From NCBI GenBank assembly GCA_036676395.1, contig JAKFCY010000002.1, forward strand, positions 2,016,001-2,080,000: a stretch of 64,000 nt of DNA. The letters are read 5' to 3'. Source of the DNA: Bdellovibrio sp. (GTDB lineage: Bacteria > Bdellovibrionota > Bdellovibrionia > Bdellovibrionales > Bdellovibrionaceae). Under the pieces are notes generated by a model. That model did no database searches. It saw only the letters and a program-made list of their open reading frames with translations, and had not been told where the DNA came from. Both the position numbers and the translations under genes were made by a program. Of the stretch, positions 19,573 through 29,615 are shown one piece after another; positions within the stretch are counted from its first letter, which is position 1; every line of letters begins with the position of its first letter.

Positions 19573-20812
19573 CTACCAAAAGCGATCCTTCTTGTGCTCC
19601 GGAAAAACCATCGGCGTAGACATGAAATTCACCGCTACCGGAATGCACTTCATTTCTCTCTTCACCCTTGCTGTCAGTCACTTTTAAAATCTGAATGCGC
19701 TGCGAAGATCCATCTGGACAAATCAGACCCATCGATTGTCCTGGGTAGACCTTATTTTTTATTTCAACAAGGGCTTGCTGAGAATTAATAATTTTTTTTA
19801 CCAGTCCGACGAATTTGTAGTCTGGATTATAAGTGGTACTAGATTGATAATTCTGGCCTTGATGGTTTGGATTTTCAAACATAAAGCCTGTATGATAACC
19901 CCGGTTGGTTAACTTATTCAGTTCATTCTGCCAATAAGGATTAAAAGGTTTATTCGCCGTCAAATCATCTAAAGCCCCGCGGTAAGCTCTTGCCACCATA
20001 GCAGCATAAAATTCAGATTTGGTGCGCCCTTCGACTTTAAAAGAAATGACACCGGCCTCTGCCAATTGCTGCAAATGAGCTATCATACATAGATCTTTTG
20101 CATTTAAAATGTAAGTGCCTTCCGCGTCTTCTTCGATTTGAAATTGCGAAGCGGAATTATCATCGGTGCGTTCGATAAAATGCTGCTTTTCTGTGAGCTT
20201 ATATTTTTCACGGCAAGAGTTATCGCACACGCCTTGATTGGCATCTCGGCGCCCCATATACGAAGAAAGTAAACACCGGCCAGAATAGGCAATGCAAATT
20301 GAACCATGCACAAATGCCTCAAGCTCAACGTCCGGAACTCTTTGTTTGATTTCAGAAATTTCTGCGATCGACAATTCGCGACTTAGAATAACACGCTCAA
20401 CGTTTAATGTTTCTCTCCAGAACTTAACAGCTTGCCAGTTCATGCAATTTGCTTGAACCGAAAGATGAATAGGAATTTCAGGAGCTAACTCACGTGTTAT
20501 TGCAATTAAACCGGGGTCACTCATAATAAAAGCGTCAGGCTTAAGATTGGCGTATTTTGAAATTTCATTTCTAAATGGGCTTAATTTTCGGTTACGTGCA
20601 AAAATATTTAAGGCCATGTAAACTTTTTTTTGCTTTTGCTGAGTATAACGAATGGTCTCGGCCATTGTTTCAAGATCAAACTCATTTTCACGCGCACGCA
20701 AACTAAACAAAGGTGGCCCTAGGTAAACCGCATCGGCACCGTAGGCCAAAGCCAATTTCATTTTTACAGGCGATCCGGCTGGCATAAGTAATTCAAGTTT
20801 GTTAAAGCTCAT
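19559..20812 (-). CDS. trhP: Peptidase U32 family, TrhP/YegQ-like tRNA hydroxylase
   Basis: ELLMPAG, YGADAVY, HLSVQAN, LSRELS, EAFVHGSICIAYSGRCLLS, DANQGVCDNSCR and KVEGRTKS motifs. Confidence 0.85.
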   Translation of the reverse strand: MSFNKLELLMPAGSPVKMKLALAYGADAVYLGPPLFSLRARENEFDLETMAETIRYTQQKQKKVYMALNIFARNRKLSPFRNEISKYANLKPDAFIMSDPGLIAITRELAPEIPIHLSVQANCMNWQAVKFWRETLNVERVILSRELSIAEISEIKQRVPDVELEAFVHGSICIAYSGRCLLSSYMGRRDANQGVCDNSCREKYKLTEKQHFIERTDDNSASQFQIEEDAEGTYILNAKDLCMIAHLQQLAEAGVISFKVEGRTKSEFYAAMVARAYRGALDDLTANKPFNPYWQNELNKLTNRGYHTGFMFENPNHQGQNYQSSTTYNPDYKFVGLVKKIINSQQALVEIKNKVYPGQSMGLICPDGSSQRIQILKVTDSKGEERNEVHSGSGEFHVYADGFSGAQEGSLLVGDND

Positions 20813-20829
20813 ATTCCACGACCATCCAA

Positions 20830-21450
20830 TTACCAAGCAGTTCGCGGCTCTATGCGGGGATTCATAATTTGAAATCTATCATTAAGCTGCAAACCAAGGT
20901 CTGCGTGACTAAAACTTAAAAGTTTTCCGTATTTAAGGAATGTTTCACAAAAATCAGGTTCAATCCTATAGAGATAAATTTGCTGAACACCTTGGTTGTT
21001 CTGTTTGCGCATAGCAAATGAACTTTTAGAGGTGCAACCGCCACTTCGAACTTGTATGAAAACACCATGATTATTGTTATAATGGCCATACACTGCTTCT
21101 AAAGGAACCTCAGCTTTTGCTCTGGGTGCGACATAAGGATTCATAATTTTGAAGCGATCACGATATTGTAATCCTAAGTCTTCATAAGTAAAATTGAGTA
21201 TCATTCCATATCTAAAAAACGCTTTACATAAATCTGGTTTAATTCTGTAAAAATAGATAAGCGCCACGCCTCTGGAATTCTGTTTTTGTACTGCGAAAGA
21301 ATCTTTACTTGTACACCCGCCACTGAAAACTTGAATACTGACACCTGACTGATTATAAAAATCCCCATAGAGAGACTCTAAAGTAGGTGTAGTGTGGCCA
21401 CTAATTGAGAATAATAACGCTACCGTCATCAAAATAACTTTGTTTTTCAT
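20830..21450 (-). CDS. Secreted protein with two tandem ~87-aa domains
   Basis: Signal peptide; repeated IQVxSGGCTSKxSF...YRIxPDxC...DLGLQ...RFxIMNP unit. Confidence 0.8.
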   Translation of the reverse strand: MKNKVILMTVALLFSISGHTTPTLESLYGDFYNQSGVSIQVFSGGCTSKDSFAVQKQNSRGVALIYFYRIKPDLCKAFFRYGMILNFTYEDLGLQYRDRFKIMNPYVAPRAKAEVPLEAVYGHYNNNHGVFIQVRSGGCTSKSSFAMRKQNNQGVQQIYLYRIEPDFCETFLKYGKLLSFSHADLGLQLNDRFQIMNPRIEPRTAW

Positions 21451-21872
21451 TGATTGCCTTTAACTTTCTTTAATATATAAATAATTTCTTCATCTCCCAA
21501 TTGAACATGAAGATGTAATTCTGAATCTGAAACATCTAGCTGTGACTGGGTTTGTCGCCCGAGCTGCATATCTGGATCTTTTTGACAATCGAAGGCATTG
21601 TCTGGATTGAGTGCAAAAACTTTTTCGCTGAGGATTCCCAAACTATATTGAAAGCTTGCGAACCGCTCGCAAAAAGCCATCTCGCTTCTATCCCAATAAA
21701 GTCTTTCTGTGCCATTCGAATAGAAGGTCCAAGTTAAATTTAAGTTGGGATCAGGTCTTGGAATACGCTGGCCCCGATAAATGAGTTCTTCGTACTTCCA
21801 CTCTCCGAATAGGATTTCTGCGCGCAGCGATTGACAAGCCAGCAATAAAAATAGGGTAATTAGAAGTTTCAT
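21447..21872 (-). CDS. Lipocalin-like exported protein
   Basis: Signal/lipoprotein-like N-terminus and LFGEWKY motif; ATGA overlap with the upstream gene. Confidence 0.65.
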   Translation of the reverse strand: MKLLITLFLLLACQSLRAEILFGEWKYEELIYRGQRIPRPDPNLNLTWTFYSNGTERLYWDRSEMAFCERFASFQYSLGILSEKVFALNPDNAFDCQKDPDMQLGRQTQSQLDVSDSELHLHVQLGDEEIIYILKKVKGNQ

Positions 21873-23230
21873 TCTTGCCATCCCCTGCTCTCTAAAATCG
21901 CCAGCACTTTCAAGCGGACACTCGCCTCTTCATTTTTCAAAACATCAACCAGCTCTTCTTCGAACGAATCAAAATTTGAAGCCGGTGTTAATCTGAGCAA
22001 TGTATTCCAAGCTAGCCTTTGAGAAGCCACTGGCCCAATAGTTTGCCTAAATTGCCATAGCAATCCTGCAACAATTCCCGAATCATGATAAAGACCGTCA
22101 TTAATATCGGTGCGCTTTAAATTGTTATCAATCGTTCGCTTGTAGCCAGCTTTTTTGTATGAGGCCTCGCCAAGTTTTGGATTATCTAAAATACTTGCGG
22201 TGAAAAAATCGGCGAAAGCCTCATTCAGTGAACCGCCTTGACCATCGTAAGGAAGGGACGCTGTTGCTTGAATTACAGCATGGATAGATTCATGGATGAC
22301 GATGGATGGATCAAGGGCCATTCCTAAAAAGACGATTCCATCACCTTCACCAAGACGAATTTTATAATTATAATAAAACGCGGTATTTGTTTTTTCAGGA
22401 AAGCCTACCGAAGTTTCAACCTCTAATAAAAATGGCAGCTGAAATTTGAAATTTTCTAAAAACCAATCTGCCGTCTGATTTAAATAAAAGTAAACCTGAA
22501 CCTGCTCAAACCGCCCGTCAGATTGGGGATATAAAAACTGATTTTTTTCTGCTCGAGCTAAGATTCCTGATTTAGGGGTGATTTTGAACCACTTAGAATT
22601 AAGCATTCCTTCATCAGAAACCCTTTTTAAAATGACCTGAGCGACTTTGCTTTGTAATGGACCCATGGGATAAAGCAATGCTGTTGCATCAACAAATTCT
22701 GAGCCCAGTTTTTTTACCGTCACGACATTTAAGAATTTATCTAAATACACTGCCGTCAGGTGACCATCTTTTTCTTCAAGAATCACTTTCCAGTTTAATT
22801 GTAAATCATCAGCACGAATAATTAATTTTGGGGTTTCAATTAACTTTTTTGCAGAAAATTCTGAGTGCGATTTAATAAATCCAGCGACAAAATACCTTTC
22901 GTTTTTCATCAATGAAATCTCGGTTTGAAGACTTAGCGGAATACGTTCAAGCCAACGCTGTGTAATAAATTTACTTTCGTTAACATCGAAGATTCGCTTA
23001 TAGAAACTTCCTTCAATCTCAACGCCGCTGATTTTTTGAGTTTGAAACTCAAGTTGTAAATCACCGACATTCAACGATTTACTTTCTGCTTTTAAATTTG
23101 GTGGAATTAGAACAGAATCAGTGCCACTGCTTTTACTCCAACGTAATGGAGTTAGCTTGTACGGCGCGCAGGACTGTACCGTCATTGCGAAAAAACAAAC
23201 TAGTAAAAGTATCGTTTGAATTCTATTCAT
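21869..23230 (-). CDS. Lipoprotein zinc metallopeptidase (M4/M36 gluzincin-like)
   Basis: VQSC lipobox; NTAFY, HESIH, LNEAFADFF and YHDSG motifs. Confidence 0.82.
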   Translation of the reverse strand: MNRIQTILLLVCFFAMTVQSCAPYKLTPLRWSKSSGTDSVLIPPNLKAESKSLNVGDLQLEFQTQKISGVEIEGSFYKRIFDVNESKFITQRWLERIPLSLQTEISLMKNERYFVAGFIKSHSEFSAKKLIETPKLIIRADDLQLNWKVILEEKDGHLTAVYLDKFLNVVTVKKLGSEFVDATALLYPMGPLQSKVAQVILKRVSDEGMLNSKWFKITPKSGILARAEKNQFLYPQSDGRFEQVQVYFYLNQTADWFLENFKFQLPFLLEVETSVGFPEKTNTAFYYNYKIRLGEGDGIVFLGMALDPSIVIHESIHAVIQATASLPYDGQGGSLNEAFADFFTASILDNPKLGEASYKKAGYKRTIDNNLKRTDINDGLYHDSGIVAGLLWQFRQTIGPVASQRLAWNTLLRLTPASNFDSFEEELVDVLKNEEASVRLKVLAILESRGWQE

Positions 23231-23250
23231 AACACCACCGGTTTATTTTT

Positions 23251-23667
23251 TTATTCGATTTTTAAAGTTTTTTGTAAGTAAGTTCCATCGCCATTTAAAA
23301 ACTTAAGAGTATGTTGGCCTGATGCGAGTTTTCCCAAACGAACATCATGGTTAAATGGCACTAAAACCATAATGCATAAGCCCTGGCTTACAGCTGCAAC
23401 GGCTTTAATTTCATGTTCATAAGTACTTGTCTCGGCAACTTCTGCGCGTAACCAGCGATAACATCCGTTGGGATATACACCATTCACGACAACGTAAGCA
23501 TCTGCTTCAGAGTCAAAGCCACCCGGAATAAAAGCATCGCTGATCGAAATATCAACTTCTTTTGTTTCTACAGCGTTGGTTTTTGCATTGGCAATATTAG
23601 CAGCAGCTAAGGCTAAAGCGGTAATTGTAAGTGCTTTTAAAAAAGATTTCATTTTTTGTGTTTTCAT
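23251..23667 (-). CDS. Secreted hypothetical protein (beta-rich, one Cys pair)
   Basis: Signal peptide; NGVYPNGC...LCIMVLVPF; first gene of the operon. Confidence 0.75.
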   Translation of the reverse strand: MKTQKMKSFLKALTITALALAAANIANAKTNAVETKEVDISISDAFIPGGFDSEADAYVVVNGVYPNGCYRWLRAEVAETSTYEHEIKAVAAVSQGLCIMVLVPFNHDVRLGKLASGQHTLKFLNGDGTYLQKTLKIE

Positions 23668-23718
23668 AACTTCCTTTGTTTTTTTGTTATCAGCAAATCG
23701 CTGTTGATCTAGACCTTA

Positions 23719-23817
23719 GCAAGTGCTGCTCCAAGGCCAGACCATGATAAATTTGTTTAGAAGTTATTTTTTTGACAACGTGGCTTAACTTAGAAGTTTT
23801 TAATGACAAGATGGCGT
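23719..23817 (-). promoter_or_regulatory. sigma54 promoter plus paired upstream activator boxes
   Basis: Minus strand TGGAGCAGCACTTGC (GG at 23732-31); boxes TTGACAACGTGGCTT (23772-86) and ATGACAAGATGGCGT (23803-17). Confidence 0.7.
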
Positions 23818-23828
23818 GATTAATTTTT

Positions 23829-24650
23829 TTAAGGACAAACTAAAACAGGCACATTCGCTGAACGGATGACTTTACTTGCAACACTTCCAAGCGTTGGAAA
23901 TCTACTGCTCTTGTCGCGCGGTGCAACAGCAACTAAATCGAAATTTTTAGCTCGGTTAACGACTTTATCAACCACATCACCTTTTTCTCTGACTGCTTTA
24001 AGGTGGGGATGGCTTTTTTGAAACTGCTTAAAATTAAACTCGTCGCCTGACATGATTTCACCATAAACATTAGTCCATTCAGGATAATCAAACATATACA
24101 CGGGCACGTGCGCCACATGATAAATCTCTAATTCTGATTTGAAGATATGACTAAATTTATCGACCTGATTCAAAATATGATCGGTTTGAGTTCCAAGATC
24201 AGACGGAACCAGAACTTTTTTCGGCAATATAACTTTGGCGCCACGATGAATCCAAACCGGAAATGGAGATTTTGTTGCCAGCCACTCAGCTGTGCTACCC
24301 AGAAAAAAATTTAGAATTGGGCTGAATCCCTTATGGCCGACCATAATCATTGGGTCTGCAAATTTCTTAGCTGCAGCAATCACTTGTTTAGCCGGATAAC
24401 CGTAGCGAATAATAATGTTGTCAGTGTCACCAAGATCATAGGTGGCTTTGATTTGATCGACTAAAGTTTTTCGTAAATCTTTTTTAGCCCCATGAATGGC
24501 ATAATCAAATTCAAAGGCATGAACATAAGTCACTGGCACTTTCATTTCATGGCCAAGTTTTTGGGCTTCTTTAACAACAAGTCTTGAGTAGTCAGACAAA
24601 TCCAGGGCGACGATAAGATTTTTAATACTTTTTAGCGGGCTTTTTTTCAT
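23829..24650 (-). CDS. Universal stress protein, paralog 2
   Basis: LIVALDLSDYS, VGHKG...FFLGSTAE and LGSVASKVIRSA motifs. Confidence 0.9.
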   Translation of the reverse strand: MKKSPLKSIKNLIVALDLSDYSRLVVKEAQKLGHEMKVPVTYVHAFEFDYAIHGAKKDLRKTLVDQIKATYDLGDTDNIIIRYGYPAKQVIAAAKKFADPMIMVGHKGFSPILNFFLGSTAEWLATKSPFPVWIHRGAKVILPKKVLVPSDLGTQTDHILNQVDKFSHIFKSELEIYHVAHVPVYMFDYPEWTNVYGEIMSGDEFNFKQFQKSHPHLKAVREKGDVVDKVVNRAKNFDLVAVAPRDKSSRFPTLGSVASKVIRSANVPVLVCP

Positions 24651-24660
24651 GACGTTTCTC

Positions 24661-25665
24661 CTAAATTGATGAAACTGTTTTAGATTGCGATACAGAACCT
24701 TCGAGTTGAAATTCTTTAATACTTTCTAGAGTTGTTTGCGCGATATGCGCTAGAGCTTCCTGAGTCAGGAAAGCCTGATGCGAAGTGACCAACACATTGG
24801 GAAAAGTCAGAAATCTTGCCAAAGTATCATCTTGCAAAACTTTATTAGAAAGATCATGAAAGAAAACACCTTCTTCTTCTTCGTAAACGTCTAAGCCAGC
24901 TGCGCCAATTTTACCGCTTTTTAAACCGAACAGGAGCGCTTTGCTATCAAGTAGCGCGCCCCGTCCCGTATTTATAATGAAAACACCATCTTTCATTTGT
25001 TCAATTCGGGCGCGATCCAATAGATGATGAGTGCTGGGTGTCAGGGGCACATGAAGTGAAATAATATCTGATTCTTTAACCAAGGTCTCTAAATCGGTGT
25101 ACGTGACGACCCCATCTTTTTCAAGATCAGTATCAACTTTGATATCATAAGCTAATACTCGGCACCCAAAACCTTTCATTATATGACACATAACTTGACC
25201 GATGCGTCCCGTACCGACAATACCAATTGTTTTACCAAAAAGATCAAAGCCAACTAGCCCATCAAGTGAAAAATTTAATTCTCTGACTCTTGAGTGCGAC
25301 CTGTGAATTTTTCGGTTAAGTGTTAGTAATAGTCCTACTGCAAATTCAGCGACTGCATGTGGAGAATAGGCTGGTACACGCGCAACAACTATTTTGTTTT
25401 GCGCGGCCGTGCTGATATCGACATGATTATAACCCGCTGACCTTAAAGCAATGAGCTTAACTCCCAGCCTGCTTAAAATTTCAATGCACTCGCTATCAAT
25501 TTTATCATTAACAAATGAACATATGACATCGGCATTCTTAGCTAAGAATGCCGTCTTGGCTGTCAGACGTATTTCTAAAAAGTCGATATCGAAATCGAAC
25601 TTTTCATTTATTTTACAAAAAACTTCTTTTTCAAAGCCATGAGTATCAAAAAAAGCAATTTTCAT
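24661..25665 (-). CDS. ldhA: D-lactate dehydrogenase (D-2-hydroxyacid dehydrogenase)
   Basis: RVPAYSPHAVAE, GTGRIG, INTGRG, LDVYEEE and FPNVLVTSHQAFLT motifs. Confidence 0.9.
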   Translation of the reverse strand: MKIAFFDTHGFEKEVFCKINEKFDFDIDFLEIRLTAKTAFLAKNADVICSFVNDKIDSECIEILSRLGVKLIALRSAGYNHVDISTAAQNKIVVARVPAYSPHAVAEFAVGLLLTLNRKIHRSHSRVRELNFSLDGLVGFDLFGKTIGIVGTGRIGQVMCHIMKGFGCRVLAYDIKVDTDLEKDGVVTYTDLETLVKESDIISLHVPLTPSTHHLLDRARIEQMKDGVFIINTGRGALLDSKALLFGLKSGKIGAAGLDVYEEEEGVFFHDLSNKVLQDDTLARFLTFPNVLVTSHQAFLTQEALAHIAQTTLESIKEFQLEGSVSQSKTVSSI

Positions 25666-26306
25666 TTAGCGACCTCTTTAGTTTTACTGCAAGCTGGTAA
25701 AAATGGACTGACCGTTTTTACGGCCCTGTAGATTTTTTCTGAAAAAAAATCTTCGCTCGAAATTTGGTGATATTTAGGATGGTTTTTCCAAACCTCATGA
25801 ATTTTATGATCAATAAGAATGGCTGCCTCTGCTGTTTCAATTCTTTGGGGATTATGATGATTATAGTCTTTCACTGCCGGCGCCCGCAGGTGAATCACGG
25901 CTTCATACTTGGCGTATTCTTTTTCTTTAGTTGTATTTAAACTTTTAAAAAAGTCATCTTCTGATCCTGGCCAGTACGCCAGGCCATCAAGGCTTCCGCG
26001 GTCGCACAATCCTAATGACCAACGTTTTTCTTCTTTAAACATAGTCTCTAATTCTTTTTGTACTTCAAAAATAGCACGTTGTGCCGATCGTTCACCGGTG
26101 ACGCCAGAAATTCTCCAAAATCCACCGCTAAATAAAATGCTGGCAGCCTCTGGAAGTATTGCCACATGCTCACAAAAAATTTTTCTAAAAAATTCTAAAA
26201 CGGCAGTTTTTCCGGCGCCTGGTCCGCCGGTCAAAACGATAAGACGCGGAGGCTGTTCAACAGCACCGGAACAAGGTCGGTCACAATTGTAAACTTGTTG
26301 GTTCAT
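25662..26306 (-). CDS. AAA_28/NadR-like P-loop NTPase
   Basis: VLTGGPGAGKT, PEAA and CDRGSLDG motifs. Confidence 0.85.
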   Translation of the reverse strand: MNQQVYNCDRPCSGAVEQPPRLIVLTGGPGAGKTAVLEFFRKIFCEHVAILPEAASILFSGGFWRISGVTGERSAQRAIFEVQKELETMFKEEKRWSLGLCDRGSLDGLAYWPGSEDDFFKSLNTTKEKEYAKYEAVIHLRAPAVKDYNHHNPQRIETAEAAILIDHKIHEVWKNHPKYHQISSEDFFSEKIYRAVKTVSPFLPACSKTKEVAK

Positions 26307-26309
26307 AAA

Positions 26310-27674
26310 CTACTCCAAATGAAATTTTTCACCGTGTTCAGGAACATGACAATTCCAACCAAAGGTTTCTGTAATTCGTCGACGCAAATCATCCGCCGCC
26401 GAAGCTTCGCCATGAGTAATAAATACTTTTTTGGGGTTAATATTCGACTTCTGAAGCCAGCCAAGAATTTCAGAATAATCTGCGTGTGCAGAAACATTAT
26501 CTAACATTTTAATTTGAGCATTAACCTGAATATATTCACCATGAACTTTAACTTCTTTAGCCCCGTGCTCTAAAGCTTCACCACGGGTACCGGCAGCTTG
26601 GTATCCAGTCAGTAAAATCGTATTATTAGGATCAGAAGCAAATGCTTTTAAGTGATGTAATACTCTGCCGCCGCCTAACATTCCGCTGGCAGAAATAATT
26701 AACATTGGCCCAGACCTTTCGTTGATCTTAATTGATTCTTCAGCCGAACGTACATATTTAACGAGGTTACAGACATCATAACATTCTTCGAGCGATAATT
26801 TGTGCAAGCCTTTATACTTACGTAAAAGTTCATTCACGTTGGTCGCCATAGGACTATTTAAATACATCGGCATATTTGGAATTCGGTTTTTTAGCCGTAA
26901 CTGCCAAATACAGTACATCAATGATTGCGAACGCCCGACCGCAAATGCCGGAATTAGAATAACGCCTTTTTTATTATACGTTTCATTAATGACCTCGGCT
27001 AATTCGTCAAGAACGTCAGTCTTATTATGTAAACGATTTCCGTAAGTTGATTCTGTAACCAGATAGTCAACACTTTCCATTTTTTCTGGCGGATATAATA
27101 AATGGTCTTGCGAGCGGCCTAAATCACCAGAAAAACCAATCGATCTGCCCGAGACATTTACGATGACCGAAGCAGCCCCTAAAATGTGCCCGGCATACTT
27201 AAACTTGAAACTTAAGGTATCATCAATTTTATAGGAATCATTAAAATCAACGCCGACAAAGTACTCCAGCGAGTGAGTCGCATCCTCGCTTGTAAACAAC
27301 GGCAATGCAGGGCTGTGTTTTGATTTTTTATATCTATTTAAATACTCGGCCTCTTCTTCCATCAGAAACCCAGCATCCGGTAAAAGAATTTTACAAAGAT
27401 CTTTGGTTGCATGAGTACAAAATATTTTTCCGCGAAATCCCATTTTTATCAGCCGCGGAATATAACCTGAATGATCAATATGGGCATGGGTCAAAATCAC
27501 CGCATCGATTTCTGATGCCTTGATTGGCAGTTCATTCCAGTTTTTTAAGCGCAGCGATTTTAAACCCTGAAAAAGGCCGCAGTCGATAAGAATTTTTTTA
27601 TGTTTAAAGCTGAGCAAATACTTTGAACCTGTTACGGTTCCGGCACCACCCAGAAAGTGTAGATCAAATGCCAT
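26310..27674 (-). CDS. MBL-fold beta-CASP ribonuclease-family protein
   Basis: GTVTGS, DCGLFQG, THAHIDH, AGHILG, SGDLG, ESTYG, PAFAVGR and SAHAD motifs. Confidence 0.92.
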   Translation of the reverse strand: MAFDLHFLGGAGTVTGSKYLLSFKHKKILIDCGLFQGLKSLRLKNWNELPIKASEIDAVILTHAHIDHSGYIPRLIKMGFRGKIFCTHATKDLCKILLPDAGFLMEEEAEYLNRYKKSKHSPALPLFTSEDATHSLEYFVGVDFNDSYKIDDTLSFKFKYAGHILGAASVIVNVSGRSIGFSGDLGRSQDHLLYPPEKMESVDYLVTESTYGNRLHNKTDVLDELAEVINETYNKKGVILIPAFAVGRSQSLMYCIWQLRLKNRIPNMPMYLNSPMATNVNELLRKYKGLHKLSLEECYDVCNLVKYVRSAEESIKINERSGPMLIISASGMLGGGRVLHHLKAFASDPNNTILLTGYQAAGTRGEALEHGAKEVKVHGEYIQVNAQIKMLDNVSAHADYSEILGWLQKSNINPKKVFITHGEASAADDLRRRITETFGWNCHVPEHGEKFHLE

Positions 27675-28404
27675 TAAGACCTCCTGTAATTAAAGACGAT
27701 ATACCCATTGCTAGTACAAAATATAAAACAGCCCTGCGAAAATGCTGTGTAGAAATTTTTTTTAAAACTTTTTTACCTAACCAATTTGCTATGACAACCA
27801 CGACCATAAAAATTGGAATGTAAAAATAATGATCTGCCGTCAAATAACCTTTTTTTAAATAAATGAAAAGTCTGACGATATCACCGCCGAAGTCGATTAA
27901 ACTTGAAGTTGCGACGAAAGCCACAGGGCTAAGATTAAAAGCAGTCATTGCCAGTGTTCGCACCGCTCCGCCCGACCCAAGTAATCCAGTTAGTAGGCCT
28001 GAAATCGCACCGCCGATGTAGGGAATCCAGCGGCCAGAAAAAACCTCATCTTTGTTAATGAATAAAAAATAGATAGATAACAAGGTCAAGAATAGACCTA
28101 ATATTATAGAGTGAATACTTTTGGGTAAAAAATCTGAATATTCGGCACCTAACCCAGAAAATAAAATCGCTGGCAGTCCAAACTTAAACGTCAGACTCCA
28201 ATTAATCTCTTTTCTATAAGAAATAGTACGAACTGAATTACCTAAAACATGTAGGACTGCAGTCAGCGCTAAAGTGATCTTTAGCGGCTCGACAAGCAAA
28301 GCCAACGGCACAAATAATGCCGAAGTACTTACGCCGCTGACCGAACCGACCAGTTCTGAAATAAAGGCAATAACAATAAAATAAAACTCATTCAAATGAC
28401 TCAT
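27664..28404 (-). CDS. TauE/SafE-family membrane transporter
   Basis: About 8 TM segments; GLLGSGGAVR motif. Confidence 0.75.
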   Translation of the reverse strand: MSHLNEFYFIVIAFISELVGSVSGVSTSALFVPLALLVEPLKITLALTAVLHVLGNSVRTISYRKEINWSLTFKFGLPAILFSGLGAEYSDFLPKSIHSIILGLFLTLLSIYFLFINKDEVFSGRWIPYIGGAISGLLTGLLGSGGAVRTLAMTAFNLSPVAFVATSSLIDFGGDIVRLFIYLKKGYLTADHYFYIPIFMVVVVIANWLGKKVLKKISTQHFRRAVLYFVLAMGISSLITGGLNGI

Positions 28405-28430
28405 CGAAATAGCCGCCGTGGGTTAATCCT

Positions 28431-29615
28431 CTATTTTTTATCTAACTTAATAACGCCTTTAGTGTTGATAAGTTTTTGCAAAGACTCTAATTCATCTTTC
28501 ACATCGCCAGGCAAATTCGTGCCAGCAGAACCAGAATAACTGAAGATCATTTCTTTTTCATATTCGCTATAACATTTTTTAGCTATAGGTAAATCCGGAT
28601 ACTCAGTGACACATTCTTTAAGATAAAGATCGGCTAAAGAATAAAAAAAGTTATGATTAATCATGCGATCACTCACTGCAAGCCAGTAAAGGATTTCAGG
28701 TGTCGCTTTCAATTTTGGATGTGTGAAAAGATATTCATACAATATACCTGACGTGTATAAATGTGTTACCAAGTCTGGCCCGTAAGATTGATTATTTGCC
28801 TTTGCAGCTTTGGGATCAAGACGTGTGCGGGCAAATTTTAGAATTTCTTTTTCGCTTGCAGTTCTTGGGTCGATAGTATGATCTAATTGCCAGTTTTTAA
28901 ACTGTAAAATCCAATTATCGATATCTCGTAAAGTGGTTTCAGTTAAGTTTTGGACTTTTTTATATTTTTCAAATTTTTTAATGGCCTCTTTGGGATTACG
29001 CTTAATACGGCTGTAGTAAGCAACTTGACGTTCAAGGGCTTTTTCAACTTCAAATTTATCATCAAATTTTAGATTTCTATTGATGATTTTATCATAAAGA
29101 GCCGAAGCCTTGTCAAAATCATGGGTGGCAAACAAGAATTCAGCCTGTTCAAATTCAGAAAAATAACTTTCTTGTTTAGTGAATTCAAAAAATGTTCTGT
29201 TTCCTGATGGCATTTGTGAATGACAACTCATGCACACTGATAAAGTTGAATTCAGCATCCAGCGTGAAAAGTTTTTATTTCCTTTATCAAAAACTCTGGC
29301 TGTTTCCTGAATGTGATTTTCTAAAACTCGCTGCGAGAACTTAAAATTATCATGCTTAAGAATTGGATCATGACCGGCCGCTTTTGCCGCCTTAGCAAAA
29401 CTATTCAAATGCTGAGAAATCTCGACAGAGTTTTTTGGATCACTAAACTTTTTATCCGAAACTGAATATTTTTTCAGATATTTAAGCTCTTCAAAAAACT
29501 GACGCATTATAACTGGAGTAGAAGTTTCTGCTTCAGAACTCCAAGAAAAACAACCAATTGACACAAAAACTAATGTGTTTATTAAAATATGTAACATGCT
29601 CCCCCTCTTTGACAT
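28431..29615 (-). CDS. Exported mono-haem c-type cytochrome with a TPR-like helical region
   Basis: Signal peptide and a single CMSCH motif; real start may be ATG 29597 (GAGGGGG RBS). Confidence 0.7.
   Translation of the reverse strand: MSKRGSMLHILINTLVFVSIGCFSWSSEAETSTPVIMRQFFEELKYLKKYSVSDKKFSDPKNSVEISQHLNSFAKAAKAAGHDPILKHDNFKFSQRVLENHIQETARVFDKGNKNFSRWMLNSTLSVCMSCHSQMPSGNRTFFEFTKQESYFSEFEQAEFLFATHDFDKASALYDKIINRNLKFDDKFEVEKALERQVAYYSRIKRNPKEAIKKFEKYKKVQNLTETTLRDIDNWILQFKNWQLDHTIDPRTASEKEILKFARTRLDPKAAKANNQSYGPDLVTHLYTSGILYEYLFTHPKLKATPEILYWLAVSDRMINHNFFYSLADLYLKECVTEYPDLPIAKKCYSEYEKEMIFSYSGSAGTNLPGDVKDELESLQKLINTKGVIKLDKK

Noticed and set aside
26310..27674. beta-CASP nuclease plus NTPase as an anti-phage system
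   Set aside because: Context is USP/CBS/ldhA stress genes under the shared promoter boxes, with no defence-island markers.
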